Source: Polyangiales bacterium | Lineage (GTDB): Bacteria; Myxococcota_A; Polyangia; Polyangiales; JADJQN01 | Assembly (NCBI GenBank): GCA_964202905.1 | Contig: CAXNJO010000005.1 | Coordinates: forward strand, 320,001 to 384,000 | DNA: 64,000 nt | Reading direction: 5' to 3' | Program-made: the position numbers and the translations under genes | The notes under the pieces: generated by a model | Database searches by the model: none | The model's input: only the letters and a program-made list of their open reading frames with translations | What the model was told of the DNA's origin: nothing | Part shown: piece by piece, positions 24,410 through 33,509 of the stretch | How the letters are laid out: each line of letters begins with the position of its first letter | Numbering within the stretch: position 1 is the first letter of the stretch

Positions 24410-24853
24410 TCACTGCGTGACGGAAGCGAGCGCGGCTGTCGCGACCGCGATCGTCGTCGCGCCACCACCGCGGGCCTCGTCGAGGGCGGCGACCGCGCGC
24501 TCGAAGGGCGCGTCGTCGGCCGCGTCGAAAAAGATCGTGCGATCGCCCTTCGCCGCGAGGATGCGGCGCAGACGCGGGCGCAGCTCCTCGAGGGCGACCT
24601 CGTCGCGGTTGATGAACACCTTGCCCGCCGCGTCCACGGACACGACGACCGAGCGGTCCTCGGCCGCGGGCGGCGGCGGCGTGTTCTCGTCGGGCTTGAG
24701 CGGCAGGAAGATCCAGAACTGCTTCGAGAGCAGCGGCGTGATCACCATGAAGATGATGAGCAACACGAGCACGACGTCGACGAGCGGCGTGACGTTCATC
24801 TCCGGGCGGGCGCCCTTCTTGCGGCCTTTGCCGCCACCGAGATCCATCGCCAT
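24410..24853 (-). CDS. exbD: ExbD/TolR family protein
   Basis: MNVTPLVDVVLVLLIIFMV. Confidence 0.92.
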   Translation of the reverse strand: MAMDLGGGKGRKKGARPEMNVTPLVDVVLVLLIIFMVITPLLSKQFWIFLPLKPDENTPPPPAAEDRSVVVSVDAAGKVFINRDEVALEELRPRLRRILAAKGDRTIFFDAADDAPFERAVAALDEARGGGATTIAVATAALASVTQ

Positions 24854-24871
24854 GGGTTCGCTCCTTCGCGC

Positions 24872-25336
24872 TCAGCGCGCGTCCGCGCGGAGCGGGCTCG
24901 CCTGCGCGCCGCCGCGCTCGTTGACCTGCAGCGAGATGCCGGGAAAACCGATGTCCTGCAGCATCGAGAAGAGCTGCCGCGCGTCGTCGTAGTGCACGCC
25001 GCGGTCGGCGCGCAGCACGATGCGCCGCATCACATCCGTCTCGTGCTCCGCGGTGAGCCGCGCCTCGAGCGCCTCACGCGCGAGCGGCTCCTTGTCGAGG
25101 AAGAGCTGACCATCGCCTTGGAGCGAGAGCGTCAGCGGATCGACGCGGCCCTTCACCTCCTCGTCGACGTTCAGCACGCTCGGGAGTTCGATGTGGGCGC
25201 CGCTCTCCATCGCCGGGATGACGACCATGAAGATGATGAGCAGCACGAGCACGACGTCGACGAGCGGCGTGACGTTCATCGCCGGCACGGGGCGCTTGCC
25301 CGCGCGCTTTTCCCGTCGGTTGGGGGACTTCGACAT
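24872..25336 (-). CDS. exbD: ExbD/TolR family protein (second copy)
   Basis: MNVTPLVDVVLVLLIIFMV; IVLRADR. Confidence 0.92.
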   Translation of the reverse strand: MSKSPNRREKRAGKRPVPAMNVTPLVDVVLVLLIIFMVVIPAMESGAHIELPSVLNVDEEVKGRVDPLTLSLQGDGQLFLDKEPLAREALEARLTAEHETDVMRRIVLRADRGVHYDDARQLFSMLQDIGFPGISLQVNERGGAQASPLRADAR

Positions 25337-25365
25337 GGCCGGGCTCCGGGGTTCGGCGCGGACGC

Positions 25366-26132
25366 TCAGTTGATGACGTGCGCCGCTCGCGAGGGCGGGC
25401 GCGGCCGGGCGCGAGGGGCCCGCGGGGGAGACGCCCGCCGCCGCGCGCTCGTCGTTGCCGGCCTCGACCGACGTCGAGCGACTCGAGGCGATCGATGAGC
25501 TCGCCCGCCGCGTTCTGGAGCGCCATCTCCTCGTGCGTGATGCGGCCGTTGACCCAGTTGAAGAGGAGCACGGTCGGGATGGCGACGCAGAGGCCGTAAC
25601 CCGTGACGATGAGCGCCTCGCCGATGGCGGCGCCGATCGTGCCGAGGCCGCCCGAACCGTTCGCGGCGATGAGCTTGAAGGCGTTGATGATGCCGAGGAC
25701 GGTGCCGAGGAGACCGACGAACGGCGCCGTCGAACCCGTCGAGGCGAGCACGCCCATGCCGCGGGAGAGGTCGGCGGCGATGCGCTCGTTCTTGCGCTCG
25801 AGGGCGCGGCGCGCGAGCTCGAGCGACTTCGCCGGCGAGCCGCCCTTGCCGAGCTTCTCGAAGTACGTGCTGAGCCCCGTGTGAACGAGCGCCGCGAGGT
25901 AGCTGCCATCGGTCTTCGAGGCGAGGTTCAGGATGGCCTCGTCGTCCCCCGCGGCGGCGAGCGGCGCGGCCTTGGCGCTGAAGGCGCGTGAGCGCGCGCC
26001 GTTGCGGAACATCGCGACCAGCCGGTCGATCGCCACGCCGAGGCTCCCGACCGCCTGCAGCGTGAGCACGATGACGACCGCCTTGACGGGCAGGCCCATC
26101 TTCTCCCAGAGCTCGAGCAGGTTGATTTCCAT
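25366..26132 (-). CDS. exbB: MotA/TolQ/ExbB proton channel (3' end uncertain, probable indel ~25470)
   Basis: STAPFVGLLGTVLGII and IGEALIVTGYGLCVAIP; GAGG SD upstream of the ATG. Confidence 0.9.
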
Positions 26133-26260
26133 CGTGGTTCCCTCTTTCGCCTTCGTGATCAGCGTGGATGCGTGGGTGAAGCGTGGGATTCGAGAATCGG
26201 ATTCTGCGGCGCGTGAAGGGGTATTCGCGGGGCGCTTTGACGGCGATGCGAGAGGCCGAG

Positions 26261-27030
26261 TCACTCCACCTGGAAGCGGATGGGCAGGACCTTGAACACG
26301 GAGATCGCCTCGCCATCGGGGAGGCGCGCGGGGTTGAAGCGCCAGCCGCGTACGACGCGCAGCACGGTGTCGTCGAAGAGCGGGTGACCGCGGAGCACCT
26401 CGGCGCTGAGCACGCGGCCGTCCTCGCCGATGCCGAGTTTCACGATCACGGTCGCGCGGATGGCCTGTGAGCGCGCCGCCTCCGGGTACGGCACCGCCTC
26501 GTTGGAGGAGAGCGGCGTCGGGGCGGTGGCGTTTTCGGGCTGCTGGATCGGGCCGCGCGGGCGCTGCGGCGCGGGCGGAGGCGGAGGCGGGGAGGCGGAG
26601 GCGCGACGGCCGCGGGCGCCGAGGGCTCCCCGCCCGCGACGCCGTCGACGGCGCCGTTCAGATCGCCCTCGACGGGCCCGGCCGGCGGCGCATCGACGAG
26701 CGCTGCGTCCGACTCGTCGGGGCGCTCGTTGCGGATCTCGTCGGGCGCGACGAGGTTCGGCGGCGGGGGCGCGCTGCGCGGGGGAGGCGGACGGCGCGGC
26801 TCGACCGTGGGGGGCGGCGGCGGAGGCGGTGGGGGCGGTGGGGGCGGCGGCGGAGGCGCGAACTCCACCTGCGCGAGCTCGTCCTGTCGCACGGCCGCGC
26901 GCGTCGCGGCGGTCGCGGCGACGATCAGGCCCCCGATCAGGCCGTACACGACGATCGCACCGGCCATCGACGCGCCGAAGCGCCGCTTCGCGGTCTTTGC
27001 CGAGCCGTCGTGCTGGTAGTCGTCGAACAC
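26261..27030 (-). CDS. tonB: Energy transducer TonB (frameshift ~26600)
   Basis: N-terminal TM, poly-Pro linker, C-terminal YPEAARSQ...WRFNPA domain. Confidence 0.88.
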
Positions 27031-27082
27031 GCGGGCCTCCGCACCCCGTGCATTGGGTGCGAAGCGTTGGTACGAGGCGACG

Positions 27083-27109
27083 GTGACGGTCGCGTGAACG
27101 AGGCGTGGC
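27083..27109 (-). promoter_or_regulatory. Pho-box-like 11-bp-period direct repeats upstream of tonB
   Basis: On the - strand GCCAC-N6-TTCAC-N6-GTCAC (27109-27105, 27098-27094, 27087-27083), followed 10 nt later by TACCAA. Confidence 0.5.
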
Positions 27110-27191
27110 GTTTGGCAACAGCGCCGTGGCGATCCGGCGGGCGCGTGCGCTCCCACACCGTCCGCGCAGCACGCCGCGACGCGGTCGAGCC

Positions 27192-27241
27192 CCGCGTGAG
27201 CCGGCGACGCGCTCAGGCGCCGCGTGAGCCGGCGACGCGCT
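27192..27241 (+). repeat. 22-bp direct repeat flanking the nei stop codon
   Basis: ccgcgtgagccggcgacgcgct at 27192-27213 and 27220-27241. Confidence 0.85.
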
Positions 27242-28013
27242 GGCAACGCGCGCAGTAATAGGTCGAGCGGCCCGCCTCGCCCTGCCGCGTCATGCGCACC
27301 GCGTCCCCGCAGCGCCCGCAGGGCTCGCCGCCGCGGCCGTAGACCCACGCGCGCGCCAGCCCGTCGTCCCGCGTGACGCGCGCGTGTCCGTCGAGGTTGC
27401 GGCGCATCAGGTCACGCGCCGCGTCGAGCAGGGCGTCGAGCGCGGCGTCGTCGAGGTCACGCACGAACGCGAAGGGATCGACGCCGACGACGAAGAGCGT
27501 CTCGCTCTTGTAGACGTTGCCGATGCCGCTCACGAGCGACTGGTTCATCAGCGCGACGCCGATCGGCAGCTCGCCCCGCGCGCGCAGGCGCTGACGCGCG
27601 GCGTCGCGGTCGAAGTCGGGCGCGAGCAGGTCCGGGCCGAGCGAACGCGCCGTGGCGTCGCGCGCGAGCCCCCCCGCCGCGAGCAGCGTGACGTCGGGCG
27701 CGTGGAAACACACGGCGACGTAGGTCGCCGTCGCGAGCACGACGCGGGCGCCGCGCTCGGGGCGCTGCCAGCGCTCACCGGGGCGGTAGACGTGCCAGGC
27801 GCCGGTCATGCGCTGGTGCGTGACGAGCGTGCGGCCGTCGTCGAAGTGCACGCGCAGGTGCTTGCCGTGCGCGTCGACGCGCGCGACGACGCGACCGACG
27901 AGCGACGCGGCGTCGAGGCCCGGCACGGTGCTCGTCGCCGTGACGAGCGTGCTGCCTGCGAGCGCCCGATCGAGCGTGCGCGCCGTGCGGAGGATCGTGT
28001 CGCCCTCGGGCAC
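27213..28013 (-). CDS. nei: Fpg/Nei family DNA glycosylase
   Basis: N-terminal (M)PEGDT, HGKHL, LGPDLL, SGIGNVYKSE, zinc finger CGRC...CARCQ. Confidence 0.93.
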   Translation of the reverse strand: MPEGDTILRTARTLDRALAGSTLVTATSTVPGLDAASLVGRVVARVDAHGKHLRVHFDDGRTLVTHQRMTGAWHVYRPGERWQRPERGARVVLATATYVAVCFHAPDVTLLAAGGLARDATARSLGPDLLAPDFDRDAARQRLRARGELPIGVALMNQSLVSGIGNVYKSETLFVVGVDPFAFVRDLDDAALDALLDAARDLMRRNLDGHARVTRDDGLARAWVYGRGGEPCGRCGDAVRMTRQGEAGRSTYYCARCQRVAGSRGA

Positions 28014-28021
28014 CGTGCACC

Positions 28022-31000
28022 TCAGCGGGGACCGCGCTTGAAGAGGCCGCGCGAGGTCGCGGCGAACCCCGCGGCGGCGAGCGCGCGCCCGAGCGCGCCG
28101 TCGAGCGTGGCAGGCCGACCGTCGATGGTCGCGAGCACGACGGCGCGCTGTGCGCCCGCGTCGACCGGCCCGGCGAGCGCGCCGGCGAGGGCCTCGGCCA
28201 GCCGCCCGCGCGCCGGCTCGTCCTCGGGGAGGAACGCGAGCAGCGCGTCGCCACCGCGGCCGATCCACGCCGCGAGCGACCAGTCGTCCACGAGCACGAC
28301 GCGCGCGCCCGCCGCGCGCTGCGGCCGTGCCCCCTGCGCACCCGCCACGCGCTCCGGCCAGCGCAGCGCGGCGCCCCACGGGCTCGCCGGATCGGTCGCC
28401 GCGAGCACGAGCGTCCGGGGCTCGGGCGAGCCGTCCCGGAGCGCACGCAGCCGATCGTCGGCGCCCGGCTGCGCGAACTGCGTCGCGCCGAGCCCCGCGA
28501 CGAAGTAGCCGCGACGCGCGCGCCCTCCCTCTTCGAGCGCCTTCAGCACGGGATACACGGCCGCGAAGCCCTCGGCGTGCCCCTCCGCGAGCACGGCCTC
28601 GCGCACGACGACGCCGTGCCGCTCGAGCAGCTGCTGCGCGAGCGCGGCGCGGCGCTCGGTGTCGCTCGGACCGACGCCGGGCGCGTCGAGCGCACCGGGC
28701 AGGAGCGACCAGCGGCCCTCGCTGCCGGGAGGCCCGACGCGGCGGGAGCGGAAGGCGCCCGGCCGCTCGCGCCCGCGACGCGTGTCGCGCGTGCCACCGA
28801 GCACCGCGCGGAGCGGCTGCAGCGTGTCGTTGGTCGCCTCGCCCGCCCACACGAGATCCCAGAGCGCCGCGAGCAGATCGCCCGGAAATGCGGCGGTTTC
28901 GCGCAGGAGATCGGCGAAGAAGAGCGCGCCGCGGCCCGCGAGCAGCGCCCGCACACGCGCCTGCAGCGCACCCGGCGCGGGCACCGGGCGCGGGGCGAGC
29001 GTGCGGAGGTGATCACCGAGGTAGAGCGCGACGCGCCCATCCGCGGGCGCGAGCGGCTCGAGGCCGCGCCACACCACCTCGCCCGCGGCCATGAGCGTGT
29101 CGAGCATCGCCGGCGCGTAGCCCTCGACGCGGGCGGGCAGCACCTCGCGCTCGAGCGCGGAGGCGACGAGCGGCGCGCCCTGGAGCTGCGCGACGACGTC
29201 GAGCAGCGCGTCGAGCCCGCGGCGCGGCTGCACGAGGCCGTGCCGCTCGCAGAGGAGGCGCGCGTAGGCCTCGGGCGCGACGGGTTCGACCGCGCGACGC
29301 AGCCGCGCCAGCGAGCGGCGCTTGATCGCGCGGAGCACCTCGGCGTCGCAGTACTCGCGCCCGCGGCCACCCGGCAGCAGCGCGCCGAACACGACCCGAT
29401 CCCGCGCGACGAGCGCGTCGAGCGCGGCGGCCACCGGGCCCGCGCCGAGGGCGAAGCGCGCCGCGGCCTGCTCCACGGGGAAGGGCCCGCGCCCGCGCGC
29501 GAAGCGGGCGAGCAGCCCCTCGAGGGCCTGCGGCGCGACCTCGAGGAACTCGACGGGCAGGCCGCGCGGCGGCACGACGCCGAGCGCGTCGCGGTAGCGC
29601 CCCGCGTCCTCGGCGGCGATGCAACGCCGCGCGCCGCCGATCGCGATCTCGCACACGCGCCGCTCGCGCACGAGCACGGCGACGGCGTCGTCGAGCGCGA
29701 AGCCCGCCGCGACGCGCGCCGCGAGTTCTTCAAGCGTCAGATCGCCGAGCAGCCGCAACAGATCGTGCACGCCGTCCGCGCTCGCGGGCGGGCGCTCGCG
29801 GGCGAGCTGCTGCAACGCGCGCTCGGTCGCCTCGATCGCCTCCGGGTCGAGCAGCTCGCGCAGCTCGGCCTCGCCGAGCAGCTCGCGGAGCTGCGCGTGA
29901 TCGACGGCGAGGGCCTGCGCGCGGCGCTCCGCCAGCGGCGCATCACCATCATACAAGAAGGCACCGACGTACGCGGCGAGGATCGACGAGGCGAACGGGG
30001 AGGCGCGCTGCGAGTCGGCCGCGACGACGCGGATCGCGCGGCCGCGCACGCGGCGCAGCAGCTCGATGAGGCCCGGCAGATCGAAGATGTCGCGCAGCAG
30101 CTCGCGGTACGTCTCGAGCACGATGGGGAAGGAGGGGTGACGCGCCGTCACCGCGAGCAGGTCCGCGGCGCGCTTGCGCTGCGCCCAGAGCGGCGAGCGC
30201 TTGCCGGGCGCGCGGCGTGGCAGGAGCAGCGCGCGCCCCGCTGCCTCGCGGAAGCGCGCCGCGAACATCGAGGTGCCGCCGAGGAGCCGCACCAGCCGGT
30301 CCTCGAGCTCGTCGGGCTCCGGCAGGAAGGCCTCGACGGGGGGAGGCGTGTCCGACTCGGGCAGGCGGAACACCATGCCGTCGTCCGTCCAGGTCGTCTC
30401 GACCTCGAGGTCGCTCTCACCGCGCAAGGCGGCCTGCACGCACATCGCCCACGGCGCGTGCACGCGGCCCCCGTAGGGCGTCAGCACGCACACGCGCCAG
30501 TCGCCGAGCTCGTCGCGGAAGCGCTCGACGACGATCGTCGCGTCGCTCGGCACCTCGCCCGTCGCGCCGCGCTGCTCGTGGACGTAGGCGACGAGGTTGC
30601 GCGCAGCGGACGCGTCGAGGCCCCACGACGCACTCAGCCACGCCTCGCCTTCCGCGACCGTCGCGCCCGCGATCCGCCGCGTGAGGCGGCCGATCGCCTC
30701 GCCGAGCTCGCGTGAGCGTGCGAGCCCGTCGGCGCGCCAGAACGGCATCTTCCCCGGCTCGCCGGGCGCGGGGCTGACGAGCACGCGGTCGCGCGTGATC
30801 GACTCCACCCGCCACGACGACGCGCCGAGCACGATGACCTCGCCCTCGCGCGTCTCGAACACCATCTCTTCGTCGAGCTCCCCGACGCGCCGCGAGGTGC
30901 GCTCGTCGCCGCCCGCGAGGAACACGCCGTAGAGCCCGCGGTCGGGGATCGTGCCCGCGTTCAGGATCGCGACGCGCTGCGCCCCCTCGCGCGCGCGGAC

Positions 31001-32548
31001 CGTGCCGGCCGTGCGGTCCCAGTGCATGCGCGGCCGCAGCGACGCGAGCTCGTCGGACGGATAGCGCCCCGAGAGCATGTCGAGCACGCCGACGAACGCG
31101 CTGCGCGGCAGCTCCGCGAAGGGGGCCGCGCCGCGCACGAGCGCGAAGAGCGCCTCGACGTCGTACGTTCCGCCGCTGACGATCGCGACGAGCTGCTGCG
31201 CGAGCACGTCGAGCGGGTTGCGCGGATACGACGTCGCCTCGACCGCGCCCTCGCGCATGCCCTGGACGACGGCGGCGCACGCGAGCAGATCGCCGCGGTA
31301 CTTCGGGAAGAAGACGCCGCTCGACACGCCGCCGACCTGGTGCGACGCGCGGCCGACGCGCTGCAGACCGGCGGCGACGCTCGGCGGCGCGGAGATCTGC
31401 ACGACGAGGTCGACGTCGCCGAGGTCGAGGCCGAGCTCGAGCGAGGAGGTCGCGACGATCGCGGGCAGGCGGCCCGTCTTCAGGCGCTCCTCGATGATCG
31501 CGCGCTGCTCCCGCGCGATCGAGCCGTGGTGCGCGAGCGCGAGCTCTTCGCCGGCCTCCTCGTTGATGGCGGTCGCGAGGCGCTCGGCGAGGCGACGTGC
31601 GTTGACGAAGATCATCGTCGAGCGGTGCGCGCGCACGAGCGCGACGAGGCGCGGATGGATGCTCGGCCAGATGCTGCGGCGCGGGGCGGCCTGCGCCGCC
31701 GGGCCGCTCGGCACGGCCGTCTCGTCGATCGTGCCGAGCAGGGCCATGTCCTCGACGGGCACCTCCACGCGCACGTCGAGCGCGCGGCGGATCCCCGCGT
31801 CGAGCACGGTGACCGGGCGTGCCTGCCAGCGCGCCTCGCCCTGCGCCGGCGCGCCTTCGTCGCGGACGAGCGTGCCGCCCCCGAGCGCGCGCGCGATCTC
31901 GTCGAGCGGGCGCTGCGTGGCCGAGAGACCGACGCGCTGGAGCGGTCGCGCGCCGTCGCGGCGCAGCGCCTCGAGCCGCTCGAGCGAGAGCAGCAGGTGG
32001 GCGCCGCGCTTGGTGCCGACGACCGCGTGGATCTCGTCGACGATGAGCGTGTCGACGTCGCGCAGCGTCTCGCGCGCCTGCGAGGTCAGGAGCAGGTACA
32101 GCGACTCCGGCGTCGTGATGAGGATGTCGGGCGGCGTCGCGCGGAGGCGCGCGCGCTCGGCGGCGGGCGTGTCGCCGGTGCGGATCGCGACGACCGGCGC
32201 GTGGTGCGGGATCCCCGTGCGCGCGGCGACCGCGGCGATCCCGGCGAGGGGCGCGCGGAGGTTGCGCTCGACGTCGACGGCGAGCGCCTTCAGCGGCGAC
32301 ACGTAGACGACGCGGCAACGCGCTTCCGGCGCCGGCAGCGGCGCGAACATCACGCGCTCGAGCGCGACGAGGAAGGCGGCGAGCGTCTTGCCCGAGCCCG
32401 TCGGCGCGAGCAGCAGCGACGAGCCCCCCGCGAGGATCGCCGGCCACGCGAGCGTCTGGGCGCGCGTCGGCGCGGGGAAGGCCTCGCCGAACCACGTGCG
32501 GACCGCCGGATGGAAGCCCGCGAGGGGGTCTGGGCCTTGCTCCGCCAT
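28022..32548 (-). CDS. lhr: Lhr family ATP-dependent helicase, long form with C-terminal domain
   Basis: APTGSGKT, SPLKAL, TTPESL, DEIH, HHGS, SSLELG, QRVGR, GTIPDRG; C-terminal RRGYFVAGLGATQFA and LAATDPASPWG. Confidence 0.95.
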   Translation of the reverse strand: MAEQGPDPLAGFHPAVRTWFGEAFPAPTRAQTLAWPAILAGGSSLLLAPTGSGKTLAAFLVALERVMFAPLPAPEARCRVVYVSPLKALAVDVERNLRAPLAGIAAVAARTGIPHHAPVVAIRTGDTPAAERARLRATPPDILITTPESLYLLLTSQARETLRDVDTLIVDEIHAVVGTKRGAHLLLSLERLEALRRDGARPLQRVGLSATQRPLDEIARALGGGTLVRDEGAPAQGEARWQARPVTVLDAGIRRALDVRVEVPVEDMALLGTIDETAVPSGPAAQAAPRRSIWPSIHPRLVALVRAHRSTMIFVNARRLAERLATAINEEAGEELALAHHGSIAREQRAIIEERLKTGRLPAIVATSSLELGLDLGDVDLVVQISAPPSVAAGLQRVGRASHQVGGVSSGVFFPKYRGDLLACAAVVQGMREGAVEATSYPRNPLDVLAQQLVAIVSGGTYDVEALFALVRGAAPFAELPRSAFVGVLDMLSGRYPSDELASLRPRMHWDRTAGTVRAREGAQRVAILNAGTIPDRGLYGVFLAGGDERTSRRVGELDEEMVFETREGEVIVLGASSWRVESITRDRVLVSPAPGEPGKMPFWRADGLARSRELGEAIGRLTRRIAGATVAEGEAWLSASWGLDASAARNLVAYVHEQRGATGEVPSDATIVVERFRDELGDWRVCVLTPYGGRVHAPWAMCVQAALRGESDLEVETTWTDDGMVFRLPESDTPPPVEAFLPEPDELEDRLVRLLGGTSMFAARFREAAGRALLLPRRAPGKRSPLWAQRKRAADLLAVTARHPSFPIVLETYRELLRDIFDLPGLIELLRRVRGRAIRVVAADSQRASPFASSILAAYVGAFLYDGDAPLAERRAQALAVDHAQLRELLGEAELRELLDPEAIEATERALQQLARERPPASADGVHDLLRLLGDLTLEELAARVAAGFALDDAVAVLVRERRVCEIAIGGARRCIAAEDAGRYRDALGVVPPRGLPVEFLEVAPQALEGLLARFARGRGPFPVEQAAARFALGAGPVAAALDALVARDRVVFGALLPGGRGREYCDAEVLRAIKRRSLARLRRAVEPVAPEAYARLLCERHGLVQPRRGLDALLDVVAQLQGAPLVASALEREVLPARVEGYAPAMLDTLMAAGEVVWRGLEPLAPADGRVALYLGDHLRTLAPRPVPAPGALQARVRALLAGRGALFFADLLRETAAFPGDLLAALWDLVWAGEATNDTLQPLRAVLGGTRDTRRGRERPGAFRSRRVGPPGSEGRWSLLPGALDAPGVGPSDTERRAALAQQLLERHGVVVREAVLAEGHAEGFAAVYPVLKALEEGGRARRGYFVAGLGATQFAQPGADDRLRALRDGSPEPRTLVLAATDPASPWGAALRWPERVAGAQGARPQRAAGARVVLVDDWSLAAWIGRGGDALLAFLPEDEPARGRLAEALAGALAGPVDAGAQRAVVLATIDGRPATLDGALGRALAAAGFAATSRGLFKRGPR

Positions 32549-32567
32549 CGCGGGCCGGAGGCTGGGG

Positions 32568-33509
32568 TCAGAGCGTGCCGCGGAGTAGCAACGTGCCCCC
32601 GCCCGGCCGGGGACCGAAGCCGAGCGAGAGGCGCACATCGGCGCCCGGCCGGGACGCGCGCGCGCTGGGCTGCGCGTCCCGCGGCGTCTCCGGTTCGTGC
32701 GTGAACACGAGATAGAGGCCCACGCCCGCGGCCACGGCGCCCGCGATCACGCCGATGTCGGCAAGCAGGGAAAACGCGAAATCCCGGGAGATGGCGGAGC
32801 TTGCGGTCTCTTGGCACAACGTGCGTTCGCCGACGGTCGTGCAGAGCGCCTCGAGGTCGCTGCGCGCGCCGAGCGCGAGCACGCCGAACACCGCGCCCGC
32901 GGCCGCGAGCGCGCCGCCGCCGATCGTGAGCGACCAGCCGACGACGGGCACGGACGACTCGTCGGACGCGGGGCCGCCCCCGGAGCGCATGGCCGCTGCG
33001 GCGGCCTCGGCCGCGGTGCGCGCGATGCGCTCCTGATCGGCGCGGCGCTCGGCGGTCTCGCGCTGCTGGCGCGCGACGCGATCCTCGAGTCCGCGGATGC
33101 GGCGATCGAGCACGGCGATCTCGTCGGAGGGCGCGTCCTCGCGGTAGTAGCGGAGGTTGTCGAGGGCCTCCGAGAGCATGCCGAGACGCTCCTGCGCGTT
33201 GGCGATGTTGTAGAGCAGGAGCGGGCGCGCGCTCAGCCCGTAGGCCTGCTCGAAGGCGGAGATGGCCTCCTCGTAGCGGCCCTCCTCGTACGCGGTCTGC
33301 CCCTGTTCGAAGAGCGCGCGCGCCTGCCGCTCACGGGCATCGACGCGCCGCTGCGCCGAGGCCACCGCGGGGGCGACGAGCAGCGGGACGAGCAGCGCGG
33401 CGGTGAGCGCGACGAGGAGCGCGAGGGCCGCGGCGGGAGCGAGCCCACGCGCAGGAGTGCGGCCCTCGAGGGAGCCGTTCGCGGAGCGGGTGCGTGTCGT
33501 CAGTCCCAT
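32568..33509 (-). CDS. Exported TPR protein with C-terminal hydrophobic/beta-strand region
   Basis: Signal peptide; ARALFEQG...YEEAISAFEQAY...LLYNIA; start overlaps the kinase stop. Confidence 0.85.
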   Translation of the reverse strand: MGLTTRTRSANGSLEGRTPARGLAPAAALALLVALTAALLVPLLVAPAVASAQRRVDARERQARALFEQGQTAYEEGRYEEAISAFEQAYGLSARPLLLYNIANAQERLGMLSEALDNLRYYREDAPSDEIAVLDRRIRGLEDRVARQQRETAERRADQERIARTAAEAAAAAMRSGGGPASDESSVPVVGWSLTIGGGALAAAGAVFGVLALGARSDLEALCTTVGERTLCQETASSAISRDFAFSLLADIGVIAGAVAAGVGLYLVFTHEPETPRDAQPSARASRPGADVRLSLGFGPRPGGGTLLLRGTL

